From positions 1 through 40,402 of the IMG/VR virus record IMGVR_UViG_3300017648_000007: DNA of 40,402 bases, one strand, 5' to 3'. The position numbers and the translations under genes are program-made. The notes beneath the pieces are model-generated. The model worked only from the letters and a program-made list of their open reading frames with translations, was not told the origin of the DNA and did not search any database. Positions 1 to 7,596 of the stretch are shown here, one piece after another (the stretch's first letter is position 1; every line of letters begins with the position of its first letter). The DNA comes from a virus (lineage: Duplodnaviria > Caudoviricetes).

Positions 1-40
1 AAGCCCAGGTAGCTCAGTTGGTAGAGCACGTGACTGAAAA
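1..40 (+). repeat. attL core; truncated 5' half of tRNA-Phe(GAA)
   Basis: aagcccaggtagctcagttggtagagcacgtgactgaaaa is identical to 40363-40402; acceptor 5' strand, D-arm and anticodon loop CTGAAAA are followed by non-tRNA sequence. Confidence 0.95.
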
Positions 41-113
41 GGACACGTACTAGAGCTAGGTTATTGAAACTCCTTCCATAATTTTTATCACATTCCATCA
101 TGTTGGTCCATAT

Positions 114-128
114 GTTCCACTGATGTTC
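114..128. promoter_or_regulatory. Alphaproteobacterial LexA box
   Basis: GTTC-cactgat-GTTC matches GTTC-N7-GTTC exactly. Confidence 0.6.
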
Positions 129-134
129 TTATCG

Positions 135-183
135 CTGGTCCAACATGGACCACGGGCCTCTGGTCCAAACGCTCTGGTCCAAA
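135..183. repeat. Probable integrase arm-type sites (CTGGTCCAA repeats)
   Basis: ctggtccaa at 135, 160 and 174; inverted tggacca at 146-152; same motif at 40322-40338. Confidence 0.7.
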
Positions 184-1236
184 TCAGTCATTGCGACGGA
201 TGACCAGAGCCGACGCAGCCCTCCCCATGAACTCCGGATGGAAATGCGCATAGTGCTTGCGCGTGGTCTCCATCGATGAATGCCCCATGTAGGCAGCGAT
301 CTCTGCCATCGGGACACCGGCCCTAGCCATCCATACCCCTGCAGTGTGGCGGAGCACGTAGGGCGTGACGCCTTCAAGCTCTGCCCGGCGGGCCGCCTCG
401 GTCACGCCCTTGCGGATGTTCGCAATCGGCTTCCCCTGCCACTCAATCACGTATTCGGTGCGGCGCAGTTCGCGCGCCAGCTGCAAATGCTCGTAGGCCG
501 TGTCGTTGATCGGCACGCGCGGTCGTCGCTTGTTGTTCGGACCGCGGCTCGGATCGCGGAAATTTATCACGCGGTGCTCGAGGTCAACCCGGTCCCACGT
601 CAGCTGCAGAATGTGCGATGGCCGCGCGGCGGTCGTCACCGCAAGAATGATGTAAAGCTTGACGTGCAACTCCTGAGCGCCGTCGATCAGCTGGTTTATT
701 TCCTCATTGGTACACCATCGCTCACGCGCCTCGCCTCCAGATGGCACCCAGACTGTAGGTGCGTACGGGATGCGCTTGCGATCGGCTGCGTGTTTCACCG
801 CGGCGCGAAGATAGGCCAGCTCAATACGGACAGTGTCTCGCGCAAGGCCCAGGTCGAAACGCTTCTCAGCATATGCCTCGCAAACATCTGGCGTTACGTC
901 TGTCGCCAGCATGTCTCCCATCTCGGCGCACACAACAGTGCGGGCGCGCTCCTGGCTCTGCGTCCACTGCTCTTTCAATTCCTTCGCATATTTGTAGAGG
1001 TCGAAGCATGCCGCGACGGTAGCAGCGCCACCGGCAACAACTTCTTCGTTCAGCTGCCGGATAAGTGCATCAGCCTCTTGCTCCGACGATGTGCCGAGAG
1101 TGCGCCGTTCGCGGAGCGGGCTGCCATCTGGTCGGGTGGTGATTCTGACGGCTTCGAAAACGCCTCGTCGTCGTCCACGATACCAGAGGCCCGTTCGCAC
1201 ATCCTCACATACCGATTCACGTCTATCGCCCGACAT
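184..1236 (-). CDS. int: Tyrosine recombinase (phage integrase)
   Basis: TAARPSHI (Arg I), PYVLRHT (H/YxxR), YMGHSS, HYAH (catalytic Tyr); adjacent to att; start uncertain (ATG 1236 or a nearby GTG). Confidence 0.95.
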   Translation of the reverse strand: MSGDRRESVCEDVRTGLWYRGRRRGVFEAVRITTRPDGSPLRERRTLGTSSEQEADALIRQLNEEVVAGGAATVAACFDLYKYAKELKEQWTQSQERARTVVCAEMGDMLATDVTPDVCEAYAEKRFDLGLARDTVRIELAYLRAAVKHAADRKRIPYAPTVWVPSGGEARERWCTNEEINQLIDGAQELHVKLYIILAVTTAARPSHILQLTWDRVDLEHRVINFRDPSRGPNNKRRPRVPINDTAYEHLQLARELRRTEYVIEWQGKPIANIRKGVTEAARRAELEGVTPYVLRHTAGVWMARAGVPMAEIAAYMGHSSMETTRKHYAHFHPEFMGRAASALVIRRND

Positions 1237-1394
1237 AGTGTTTTCCCCGCAACCTTTACCGTAGGCAATTCCCCGGAGTAGATCAGATTGTAGACCTGTG
1301 ACTTTGAGCACCTCAGAGCTGCAGCAACTTCCACGACTGTCGCGTAACGTGGGATCGTCACATCGCTCTCGGGCATAAGCTCACTCATTCTCAC
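1050..1394 (-). CDS. xis: Excisionase-like HTH protein
   Basis: YATVVEVAAALRCSKSQVYNLIYSGELPTVKVAGKTL is an HTH_17/Xis-type motif; upstream of int. Confidence 0.85.
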   Translation of the reverse strand: MRMSELMPESDVTIPRYATVVEVAAALRCSKSQVYNLIYSGELPTVKVAGKTLCRAIDVNRYVRMCERASGIVDDDEAFSKPSESPPDQMAARSANGALSAHRRSKRLMHLSGS

Positions 1395-1567
1395 TCCCTC
1401 CCAAAACGGCCAAGCCAGACCACGAAGAGCACGACGCCGGTGACGATTATGGTGGCCAGCGATGGCGGCTTCCCCAGCATCACCCAGCCGAGTCCCAACA
1501 CGATCGCTAGGGATGCCGCTAACTGAACAGCATCTATCAGCGCCTCTCTCGTGAATAAGCGGCCCAT
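1391..1567 (-). CDS. Small two-TM membrane protein
   Basis: MGRLFTRE... 58 aa with two hydrophobic stretches; coupled to neighbouring genes. Confidence 0.7.
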   Translation of the reverse strand: MGRLFTREALIDAVQLAASLAIVLGLGWVMLGKPPSLATIIVTGVVLFVVWLGRFGRE

Positions 1568-1568
1568 G

Positions 1569-1865
1569 TCAGTCACCCCGGCCTTGTTCGCGGCGGGACA
1601 ATTCAGCAGGCGAAATTCCAAGCTCGCTAGCGGCTTCCAAAAGCGTCTTGCCGGTCGCCCTCCGCTTTTCGCGAAGCTCCAGGCCGATCCGCATCCGCTC
1701 GGCACGATCAGCGGAGATCACACCCTCACCCTCGCAGGTCCGGCAGGTGATTTGACGGAGGTCGCCCCACGGACGACCATCGGCGGTGTGCCCGTCTACG
1801 AACGCGTAGATCTTTCCCGTGCCTTCGCACCGATGGCACTCCTGCCCATCAGAGATGCTACTCAT
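1569..1865 (-). CDS. DnaJ-type zinc finger fused to XRE-like HTH
   Basis: CHRCEGTG and CRTCEGEG (CxxCxGxG twice) then LREKRRATGKTLLEAASELGISPAELSRREQG. Confidence 0.75.
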   Translation of the reverse strand: MSSISDGQECHRCEGTGKIYAFVDGHTADGRPWGDLRQITCRTCEGEGVISADRAERMRIGLELREKRRATGKTLLEAASELGISPAELSRREQGRGD

Positions 1866-2230
1866 CGCCTCACTACCTCCCCGTTCATCTTCCGCTTCCA
1901 GCCAGACGCCCGTGATCCTGGCATCGGCCGCCCCTTCCGCCTGCCTTCACCCACGTAGCCGCTGTCAACGAGGCGGTTGCGCTTGGCGATCTTCGCGGCG
2001 TCGTCCTTGTCCTTCACCCGACGGCACTTCTCATGGGCTGGGTGCAGGTCTTCGTCATTGTCGGAGCCTCCGAGCGCTACGGCGTCTGGGTGCTCAATGA
2101 TCCACGCTTCGCCCTGCCTGATCTGGCGCGTGCAAATGCAGCAGATGCCGTTGCGCGAGAGGAAGATCTTGACCCGGCGCGACTTGGACATTGATCGCCG
2201 CTTCGTCGGTGCGATGTACTGGACGCTCAC
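1862..2230 (-). CDS. HNH-family endonuclease
   Basis: CCIC...EHPDAVALGGSDNDEDLHPAHEKC; basic C-terminal tail. Confidence 0.8.
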   Translation of the reverse strand: MSVQYIAPTKRRSMSKSRRVKIFLSRNGICCICTRQIRQGEAWIIEHPDAVALGGSDNDEDLHPAHEKCRRVKDKDDAAKIAKRNRLVDSGYVGEGRRKGRPMPGSRASGWKRKMNGEVVRR

Positions 2231-2595
2231 GTGTCACCCTCCCCCTTGGAAAGAGCAGCGCGGGCGCGGCGTGCGAACAAAATGGCATCAGCCGTTTCAT
2301 TGTCGCCCCATGCGGGGTCACTGTGGTTCTCGTCCGCGATAGCCGGACACGCCAGCAACCTATCCAGCGCGTCCCGAAGCTCTCTAATCACCTCGTCACG
2401 GGGGTCGGGAGTGTCAGAGGCAGGCTGGCGGTCGATCAGATCCGCACGCACATAACGGACGGACGGAGAACCGCAGTCCTCACACTTCCCATTCCAGCAA
2501 TCGTGCCCGCACCAAGTGCGACCTTCGTAGCTGTCGTCTGCGCAAGCAGGTTCAAGCCAAATCTCTGGCAGGTCGGGCTTCAGGCTCTCAGACAT
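2227..2595 (-). CDS. Hypothetical phage protein
   Basis: 122-aa ORF with overlapping start/stop junctions in the leftward operon. Confidence 0.7.
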   Translation of the reverse strand: MSESLKPDLPEIWLEPACADDSYEGRTWCGHDCWNGKCEDCGSPSVRYVRADLIDRQPASDTPDPRDEVIRELRDALDRLLACPAIADENHSDPAWGDNETADAILFARRARAALSKGEGDT

Positions 2596-3034
2596 TCACC
2601 GCCTCCCTGTGCATAGCGATCAGAGCGGAGAGGATGGCGGAGAGCCAAGCGAGGCATTCGCCATGTCTGTGGTCTTCGTAGTAAAGCCAGCCGAAACCAG
2701 GCCCCCAGACAAACACTCTGCATACATTGCCGTGGTATTCGACCTCTCGAAGCGACCCCGGCCATAGCTCTGCCTGTAGGGCGGCGCAGGCGTCGAGGGA
2801 TGAGGAAAGCTTTGGAAACACCCACGTGCTGATGTAACCCTGGTTTACAGCCTCCCACGCAAACCGAAGATCAGCAAAGGTCTGCGGGTGCTTTTCGGGG
2901 TCGATCTTGAATACCGGGGCATCAGGATGAAACAGGCGTTCCAGATCCCAATCCAGCTCCCGATCCGGCCCCGTCGCGTCTCTCACTCGATCACGTAGAG
3001 CCTCTAGGGCGGCTATGTCGTAGGTGGCGGTCAC
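2588..3034 (-). CDS. Hypothetical phage protein (ABA-sandwich-like)
   Basis: ATGPDRELD...PKLSSSLDACAAL motif recurrent in phage proteins; GTG start overlaps the upstream stop. Confidence 0.65.
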   Translation of the reverse strand: MTATYDIAALEALRDRVRDATGPDRELDWDLERLFHPDAPVFKIDPEKHPQTFADLRFAWEAVNQGYISTWVFPKLSSSLDACAALQAELWPGSLREVEYHGNVCRVFVWGPGFGWLYYEDHRHGECLAWLSAILSALIAMHREAVNV

Positions 3035-3231
3035 TGCGTCGTCCTTTCTGAAATCTCGGCCTCTGGGAACGCACGCAACGCTGCGATAACGGTGTGCAGA
3101 AAATCGGCGTGGTCTCGGAGCCAGCGAAGGTTGGAGACGATGGCCGCGCGGCAAACCGCGTCCCGCTCGGTGCCCTCTTTGCCGATCTGGCTCTCTGCAA
3201 ATTCCACCAGTTCATCTAGAGACGGCTTCAC
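3031..3231 (-). CDS. Hypothetical protein
   Basis: GTG start with GGAGG RBS, 66 aa, stop overlaps next start. Confidence 0.65.
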   Translation of the reverse strand: MKPSLDELVEFAESQIGKEGTERDAVCRAAIVSNLRWLRDHADFLHTVIAALRAFPEAEISERTTQ

Positions 3232-3382
3232 GCGCGACCTCCTTCCAGTCAGTCTCAGGAGCGACGAAATTGATCGAATTCCCGTCCGCGCACTCAATCC
3301 GGATGTGCACACGGATCGCTCCGAACAGCTTCAGGAGCTTCTCGGCAACCTCTCGGGCGAACCAGTCAAAGCGGGTGGTCAT
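3212..3382 (-). CDS. Hypothetical protein (56 aa, not in ORF track)
   Basis: Manual translation MTTRFDWFAREVAEKLLKLFGAIRVHIRIECADGNSINFVAPETDWKEVAREAVSR; fills the operon gap. Confidence 0.6.
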   Translation of the reverse strand: MTTRFDWFAREVAEKLLKLFGAIRVHIRIECADGNSINFVAPETDWKEVAREAVSR

Positions 3383-3400
3383 GTCAGGCGGCCCTCGCTG
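3377..3400. repeat. 24-bp direct repeat (copy 1) flanking the MTase gene
   Basis: ggtcatgtcaggcggccctcgctg identical to 4221-4244. Confidence 0.95.
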
Positions 3401-4226
3401 CTTCTGCAGAAAGGATCGCCTGGCCCCAAATCTCTGGTATGATCGTGACTACCGCGTTTCCGAGCGCTGCGACGGCGGCAGCGGCGTCGGATCGGTCCAG
3501 TCTTGAGGAAACGCCATCATCCATTCGACGAAGCGCCTCAAACTGGGTTTGCCAGTCACAGGACCACCAAGCTCCGTCACGAGCTGCGTTATCAACCCGT
3601 CGCCGGACATCTCCGAGGAGCCTTGGCGGTTGTAATTCCCATGCACCGTCGGCGTTGCAAGCCGCTGCAATTTCTTGCGGGCTCCAGAGCCACCATCCAG
3701 CGCCCGCACGGCTCCGCTCCGACCGCTCGAGCTTGTCGGCGTCGGCAAGGGTGATCCAAATTCGATCACGCCCGTGGGGTGCGCCACAGTCGCCAGCCGA
3801 AATGCAATCCCATTCCGCATCAAGCCCGTTCTCGGCCACGTCTCCGAGAACTCGGCCCATCCCGTCACAAAGCAGCGCTGCCACGTTCTCCAGGATCGTG
3901 AACTTGGGTCGTACCAAGCGAATGGCTCGAAGCACCTCCCGATAGAGTCCCGAACGGGCACCGGTAACTCCGGCGCGCTTTCCGGCGAAGCTGACATCCT
4001 GGCAGGGGAAGCCCGCTGTGATGATGTCTGCCTCTCCCTCGACAAATTCCTGGCTTCGAATGTCATCGTGTATCGGCACCTTTGGCCAATGTTTTGTTAG
4101 TATACGGCGCGGAAACTCTTCGATCTCACAGAACGCCACCGTTTCAAATCCGCCGGTGCGTTCCAGGCCAAGGCTAAATCCGCCTATGCCACTGAACAGA
4201 TCGAGCACCTTGAGTTTGCCGGTCAT
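3384..4226 (-). CDS. DNA cytosine-C5 methyltransferase (alpha polypeptide)
   Basis: Motif I DLFSGIGG, IV GFPCQ, VI ENV, VIII HGRDRIW, X LGNAVV. Confidence 0.95.
   Translation of the reverse strand: MTGKLKVLDLFSGIGGFSLGLERTGGFETVAFCEIEEFPRRILTKHWPKVPIHDDIRSQEFVEGEADIITAGFPCQDVSFAGKRAGVTGARSGLYREVLRAIRLVRPKFTILENVAALLCDGMGRVLGDVAENGLDAEWDCISAGDCGAPHGRDRIWITLADADKLERSERSRAGAGWWLWSPQEIAAACNADGAWELQPPRLLGDVRRRVDNAARDGAWWSCDWQTQFEALRRMDDGVSSRLDRSDAAAAVAALGNAVVTIIPEIWGQAILSAEAARAA
3449..4066 (-). CDS. Out-of-frame overlapping MTase beta polypeptide (motif IX)
   Basis: 205-aa nested ORF in the +1 frame ending RRFVEWMMAFPQDWT (motif IX-like); M.EcoHK31I-type arrangement. Confidence 0.75.
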   Translation of the reverse strand: MTFEARNLSRERQTSSQRASPARMSASPESAPELPVPVRDSIGRCFEPFAWYDPSSRSWRTWQRCFVTGWAEFSETWPRTGLMRNGIAFRLATVAHPTGVIEFGSPLPTPTSSSGRSGAVRALDGGSGARKKLQRLATPTVHGNYNRQGSSEMSGDGLITQLVTELGGPVTGKPSLRRFVEWMMAFPQDWTDPTPLPPSQRSETR

Positions 4227-4244
4227 GTCAGGCGGCCCTCGCTG
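4221..4244. repeat. 24-bp direct repeat (copy 2)
   Basis: Identical to 3377-3400. Confidence 0.95.
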
Positions 4245-4695
4245 TTTCATTGAGCAGCTGGTCAGGGTCCAAGCCGGTTTCGGCTCGAATTACCTCATCA
4301 ACGGCGTTGTTCAGGGCGCAAAATGCGATGTGAGGCAGCTTCGAGAACGCTATGGACTTGGGTTTGAAGATCACCATCGTGTCGCCGTGCAGGACTGGCA
4401 CCGCGTAGCTGCCAGCGCCACGGATCGACGCTTCCACCAGGACGAGAGCCTTCTCCCTCGGCAGGCCGACAAGAGGGATTTGCGCCGCGATCTCGCGGTA
4501 GCCTGCCTTCATCTGCAAAAACTTTCGGCATTCCTCGGCGTCGCCAAACTGGCGTTCGTGCGTCTCCGGCCAGTGGGCGTAGACGGCGCGGCAAAGGGCA
4601 AAAAATCGCCGGTGCTGATCGATCGACCGGGGCTTGCCCTTGAACTCTTCGTCGAACTGGCAGCCGCACTGAGGGCAGTGGATTTGCTTACTCAT
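4228..4695 (-). CDS. DUF1367/NinB-like phage protein
   Basis: PRSIDQHRRFFAL...KAGY...PKSIAFSKL pattern; sits in the recombination module. Confidence 0.65.
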   Translation of the reverse strand: MSKQIHCPQCGCQFDEEFKGKPRSIDQHRRFFALCRAVYAHWPETHERQFGDAEECRKFLQMKAGYREIAAQIPLVGLPREKALVLVEASIRGAGSYAVPVLHGDTMVIFKPKSIAFSKLPHIAFCALNNAVDEVIRAETGLDPDQLLNETARAA

Positions 4696-4894
4696 TCAGC
4701 ATCCTCTCAAGCCGTATGAAGAGGGCGATCAAGATGACCAAAAATGAGACGATCTGAACGGCGAGGGCGATGGCGAAATTTGCTCCTAATCCGATTAGAA
4801 GCAGTGAAAGAGCCATCGAAATCAAAAGGCTGACTATCGCGATCCCGTCGCGGACCTCCTTCAGGTACGCTTCTTGTGAGTGCTTGCTCATCAC
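4688..4894 (-). CDS. Small membrane protein
   Basis: 68 aa, two hydrophobic helices, operon-coupled. Confidence 0.7.
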   Translation of the reverse strand: MMSKHSQEAYLKEVRDGIAIVSLLISMALSLLLIGLGANFAIALAVQIVSFLVILIALFIRLERMLNE

Positions 4895-5532
4895 GCTGCC
4901 TCGCTTTGCTGGTAGGTCTTGCGGAGACTCGCGACGGTCGCGTCTACTTCCGCTAGGAAGGCAGAGACTTCGCGCTCCAGTTCTGCAATCATTTCGTCAT
5001 CGCGAGGGATGCGCTTGACGAACAGCTGCATTTCTGCCGGCACTCTTGGATCGAAGGAAATGAAGTCGCACCAATCGCGTCCGGTGCATGCGATTTGCCA
5101 CTGCATTTGCTTCAAGTAGCGGCCGTCGATTGATCCGCGCATAAGCGTTTCAATGTGGACCCGGCTGGATGGAGCCTTGATCTCGATCAGCCCGCTATCC
5201 CCGACCAATCCGTCCGGGCTGGCGTGAGTGCCCTTGATCGTGGGGTGCAGAACAAGGCCCACCTGTTTCACGTCCGCATCGTGGAGGAACTCGTACATTG
5301 CCCGGGCGTGCGGCTCTTGCTCGGTCCCGTGGCGCATGGCTTCCGAGACAAAGCATTCCGTGGGTATGCCGGTCAGGCGCTCGCAAACCAGTTCAGTGAG
5401 CAGATTGCCGCGAGATGCCCCCCATCCTGATCGGGTCTTCGCAACAGCATCCGCAATCCTTGATGCGCCAAGGCTCCCGCATCGCGCTTGCAGCCATTCC
5501 GGGCTGCCCTGTTCGAGGTCCAGAACGTTCAT
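4891..5532 (-). CDS. YqaJ/lambda-type exonuclease
   Basis: EQGSPEWLQARCG, ASPDGLV, IEIKAP, QMQWQ motifs. Confidence 0.93.
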   Translation of the reverse strand: MNVLDLEQGSPEWLQARCGSLGASRIADAVAKTRSGWGASRGNLLTELVCERLTGIPTECFVSEAMRHGTEQEPHARAMYEFLHDADVKQVGLVLHPTIKGTHASPDGLVGDSGLIEIKAPSSRVHIETLMRGSIDGRYLKQMQWQIACTGRDWCDFISFDPRVPAEMQLFVKRIPRDDEMIAELEREVSAFLAEVDATVASLRKTYQQSEAA

Positions 5533-6263
5533 TTCTTCACCTTCTTTGCGCGCTGAAGCAGGAGGGCGTGCAGGCGGCCAAAGTCCTTGACCTTGATGTC
5601 CGCGAAGCTGTTGGCCTTCGCGAACTCCAGGAACTTGGCCGGGCTGCTGTCGATCTTCGCGACGATGGATTTCAGGATTTCCTGCTGCTCATCGGTGATC
5701 GTGGCCAAGCCAGCCGCGTTTCCGTCGTCATCCTCGCCACGGGCAGAGATGTTCAGCAGGGCGAATGACGTGTACCGCTTGCCGTAAGAAACTGACGAAC
5801 CCCATCCTTGGACGTTGTTCTTGCTGCCGCTGTTGTCGATCGGCAGGGACATCGATGTTTCTTCCGTATGCCCTTCTGAGTGGCCAAGGACCGCCGTGAC
5901 GGAGATGCGGTCTGGCGTCGGCTGGTCAACGCGGAACGATAGAGAAAAACCGTTCCGAGCAAGCACCGGCGTGATGGCCTCTACGACATCCTCCCAGCGG
6001 GCATACTTCGATTGCGTACCGATGGTGCCCCGCTTCTCGATCACGGGAAGTTCGGTCTGCATCTTCGCCAGCGCAGCCAGGTAAGCGGCTTTTGCAGAGT
6101 GTGCCGTCATTCGCTCGTGCATCTCGAACAACCGTTCCATTTTGTCGATATCGACATTAGGATCGCGCGCCGCCCGTTCGATCATGGACAGCAGGGCAGC
6201 ACTTTCTCCCTTCTGGACGGGGGCTGGCGCGGTGCTCTCTTCAACTGTGACAGGTACGCTCAT
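5529..6263 (-). CDS. erf: ERF-family single-strand annealing protein
   Basis: SKYARWEDV, QGWGSSVSYGKRY, EDDDG motifs. Confidence 0.92.
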   Translation of the reverse strand: MSVPVTVEESTAPAPVQKGESAALLSMIERAARDPNVDIDKMERLFEMHERMTAHSAKAAYLAALAKMQTELPVIEKRGTIGTQSKYARWEDVVEAITPVLARNGFSLSFRVDQPTPDRISVTAVLGHSEGHTEETSMSLPIDNSGSKNNVQGWGSSVSYGKRYTSFALLNISARGEDDDGNAAGLATITDEQQEILKSIVAKIDSSPAKFLEFAKANSFADIKVKDFGRLHALLLQRAKKVKK

Positions 6264-6439
6264 TTGACTGGTTCCTTATTGGCTTCAAGCTGCTGCTTTT
6301 CGGCTTCGAGTTCGTATTGGACCAGCCATCGCAGAGACTTGGTCTGGTCGAACATGCGAAGGCACTGTTGAGGGTCGAGCTTGCTGCGCTTGATGACGCC
6401 TGCTAGAAGCTTCGCCAGTGGATCGGATACGTGTTCCAT
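6260..6439 (-). CDS. Hypothetical protein (59 aa, not in ORF track)
   Basis: Manual translation MEHVSDPLAKLLAGVIKRSKLDPQQCL...; ATGA/TGATG coupling on both sides. Confidence 0.6.
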   Translation of the reverse strand: MEHVSDPLAKLLAGVIKRSKLDPQQCLRMFDQTKSLRWLVQYELEAEKQQLEANKEPVK

Positions 6440-6717
6440 CAGGCGTGCTCGCTCGGGTGTTGCAGGGCTATGATCTGCTGCACGGCCTCATCTGCTGTGA
6501 TGATCCCTAGAGCAGCGTGTCGAGCGATCGTCTGTGCCGTGGAGAACGCGCCCGTGTAGCGCCACAGGTTACGGCTCGTTCTGTTCAGGAGCAGAGCCAG
6601 CCCTCGAACACGTATGCTGTCCGTTTCGTCTGTTCGGGTAAGAGGTCCGAAGTCGTACTCGGCCCACTCATCGACGCTGGCCTTGGGCGGGTCGGCAGTT
6701 TCGATGCAATCGCTCAT
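6439..6717 (-). CDS. Hypothetical protein
   Basis: 92-aa ORF, coupled junctions. Confidence 0.65.
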   Translation of the reverse strand: MSDCIETADPPKASVDEWAEYDFGPLTRTDETDSIRVRGLALLLNRTSRNLWRYTGAFSTAQTIARHAALGIITADEAVQQIIALQHPSEHA

Positions 6718-6911
6718 GGCTTCCTCCCGATCTGGTAGCCTGCCTTGTTCAGGTCGCTTTCGATCATCACAGCGCCGTGGAGAGGCGTGTCGGCGTTGTC
6801 TCTGGCGCGTTTGAAGGCCGAGGCGAGGATGTCTAGAAGCGATGCACGCTCTTCCCGCTCCATCAGCTGCTTCATGATGGCGTCGGTGCCGAATGTGGGT
6901 TCGTCGGTCAT
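6714..6911 (-). CDS. Hypothetical protein
   Basis: MTDEPTFGTDAIMKQ..., ATGA overlap with the upstream gene. Confidence 0.65.
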   Translation of the reverse strand: MTDEPTFGTDAIMKQLMEREERASLLDILASAFKRARDNADTPLHGAVMIESDLNKAGYQIGRKP

Positions 6912-7228
6912 CGTCCTACCCCCATCTGTGCTGCTGACAGGCGGTGCTCTGCGTATGGATCTACGTATGGACGGTTGGCCGCCTCCCGCGCCTCGATCTC
7001 GTCTGCAAATGCCTTCAGAAGAGGGTCTGCGAGCAGGTCGTAGAGCTGGTCGCCCGGGTAAACCGTGACCGTCTCCGCTTCCCATGAGCGGTCTGCCGGG
7101 CGGTATCCATCCAGCTCAATCCACTCAATCAGGCCGTCGTCATCGAGAGAGAACCGGCCGCTGAAGCTCCCGACCTGCACGTCGCCGGGGAACGGAAGCC
7201 CGAAGTCGTCGAAGGTGAGCCGCATCAC
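6908..7228 (-). CDS. Hypothetical acidic phage protein
   Basis: 106 aa, GAGG RBS, coupled junctions. Confidence 0.7.
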   Translation of the reverse strand: MMRLTFDDFGLPFPGDVQVGSFSGRFSLDDDGLIEWIELDGYRPADRSWEAETVTVYPGDQLYDLLADPLLKAFADEIEAREAANRPYVDPYAEHRLSAAQMGVGR

Positions 7229-7596
7229 GCCACCTCATATTCAGGAGTTGGAGCCGTGAGAGCTTCGCGGAGTTCGAAGAACCATGAGGGCTTTCGAACC
7301 CACAGCAGGTCCAGCTCGTGCCGTTCGGTCTGGTAGGCGCGGGCCAGTGCTGCCCGTTGTGCCGTTGAATTGACCGCCTTGCTGCGAACCATCTCGCTCA
7401 GGTGATTGATGACGCGCTGGCGTCCGGCGAGGCTGTGGTCGCTCAGATCCATGCCTACGGGCCAGTCTGCGACGTGCTCGGCCGCGCAGAGTTCCAGGGT
7501 GCGCAGAGCTGTCGGGCGGATGGCCTTGTCGCTGGCCCGAAGATATTCGCTGGCCGTTTCCAGCTCGTCTGTCGCTAATCTCGTGAAATCGACCAT
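7225..7596 (-). CDS. Hypothetical protein, first gene of the PL operon
   Basis: MVDFTRLAT...; directly downstream of the PL leader. Confidence 0.65.
   Translation of the reverse strand: MVDFTRLATDELETASEYLRASDKAIRPTALRTLELCAAEHVADWPVGMDLSDHSLAGRQRVINHLSEMVRSKAVNSTAQRAALARAYQTERHELDLLWVRKPSWFFELREALTAPTPEYEVA

Noticed and set aside
280-1281. 333-aa + strand ORF opposite int
   Set aside because: Antisense shadow of a GC-rich gene; no motifs or RBS
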